Source of the DNA: Lama glama
Lineage: Eukaryota
Direction: 5' to 3'
DNA length: 64,000 nucleotides
Assembly: GCA_028534125.1 (NCBI GenBank)
Contig: CM052817.1
Span: 68,016,001-68,080,000 of the forward strand
Shown: positions 63,593 through 64,000 of the stretch, one piece after another
How the letters are laid out: each line of letters begins with the position of its first letter
How positions within the stretch are numbered: position 1 is the stretch's first letter
The notes under the pieces: model-generated
Database searches by the model: none
What the model was told of the DNA's origin: nothing
What the model saw: the letters and a program-made list of their open reading frames with translations, nothing else
Made by a program: the position numbers and the translations under genes

Positions 63593-64000
63593 TATACACC
63601 AAATCAACTGTATTTGGGTTGCTGAAGCCATTTGCCTCTCCTTGTGGCTTAAAACATCCAAAGCAGAAAATGTCTAAATTAGACTAAAGCCTCAAATATG
63701 AAAAATCTTACTTTTAAAAAGAGACTCATTAATAAGTGAACTGTGTTGAAACTGATGTCAGTTTCCCTAAGGGAAACATAACAACAGAATTCCCAATTGC
63801 CATCTACAAGCCACATGAACAGAGGTTTAAAGGTCCTACCAAGAAACATCATTTGTTCCACTCAAAGTGATAAGAATGCTAGTATTAAGGTAAGCTTGAA
63901 ACACAAACAGATTTCAATAATAGAAATTATTTTATTCTCATTGCATACTGAAATGTATATTTTAAATACCTTTAAAAGTACATATTATTTGAATAAAACA

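Noticed and set aside
1..64000. Prokaryote-style systems (operons, CRISPR, defence islands), NUMT or endogenous viral coding sequence
   Set aside because: The window is explained by a spliced mammalian gene plus interspersed repeats; I recognised no such signatures by eye

Overview
Mammalian genomic DNA, AT-rich and repeat-rich, most likely from a camelid (inferred from vic-1-type tRNA-derived SINEs). It covers the central part of PPA2 (mitochondrial inorganic pyrophosphatase 2) on the minus strand. Nine internal coding exons (equivalent to human exons 2-10; 65, 45, 54, 120, 87, 127, 128, 86 and 70 nt) were read by hand. All have GT-AG boundaries, they join in one open frame, and the DNDPID catalytic motif is intact. 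Exon 1 lies beyond the right edge and exons 11-12 beyond the left edge. The introns contain L1, L2, MIR, LTR, hAT/Tigger and SINE relics, a full-length U1 snRNA retrocopy and two 500-N assembly gaps. Nearly all ORFs in the supplied track are spurious or repeat-derived. I see no convincing new multi-gene system. The best leads are small: a ~74-nt insertion made only of an L1 5' end and bounded by target-site duplications (TSDs); a MER53 hairpin carrying a miR-1302-like arm; a U1 copy with an altered 5'-splice-site recognition end; and a young L1 with a possible short 3' transduction. Repeat family names and human comparisons come from recall, not database searches.
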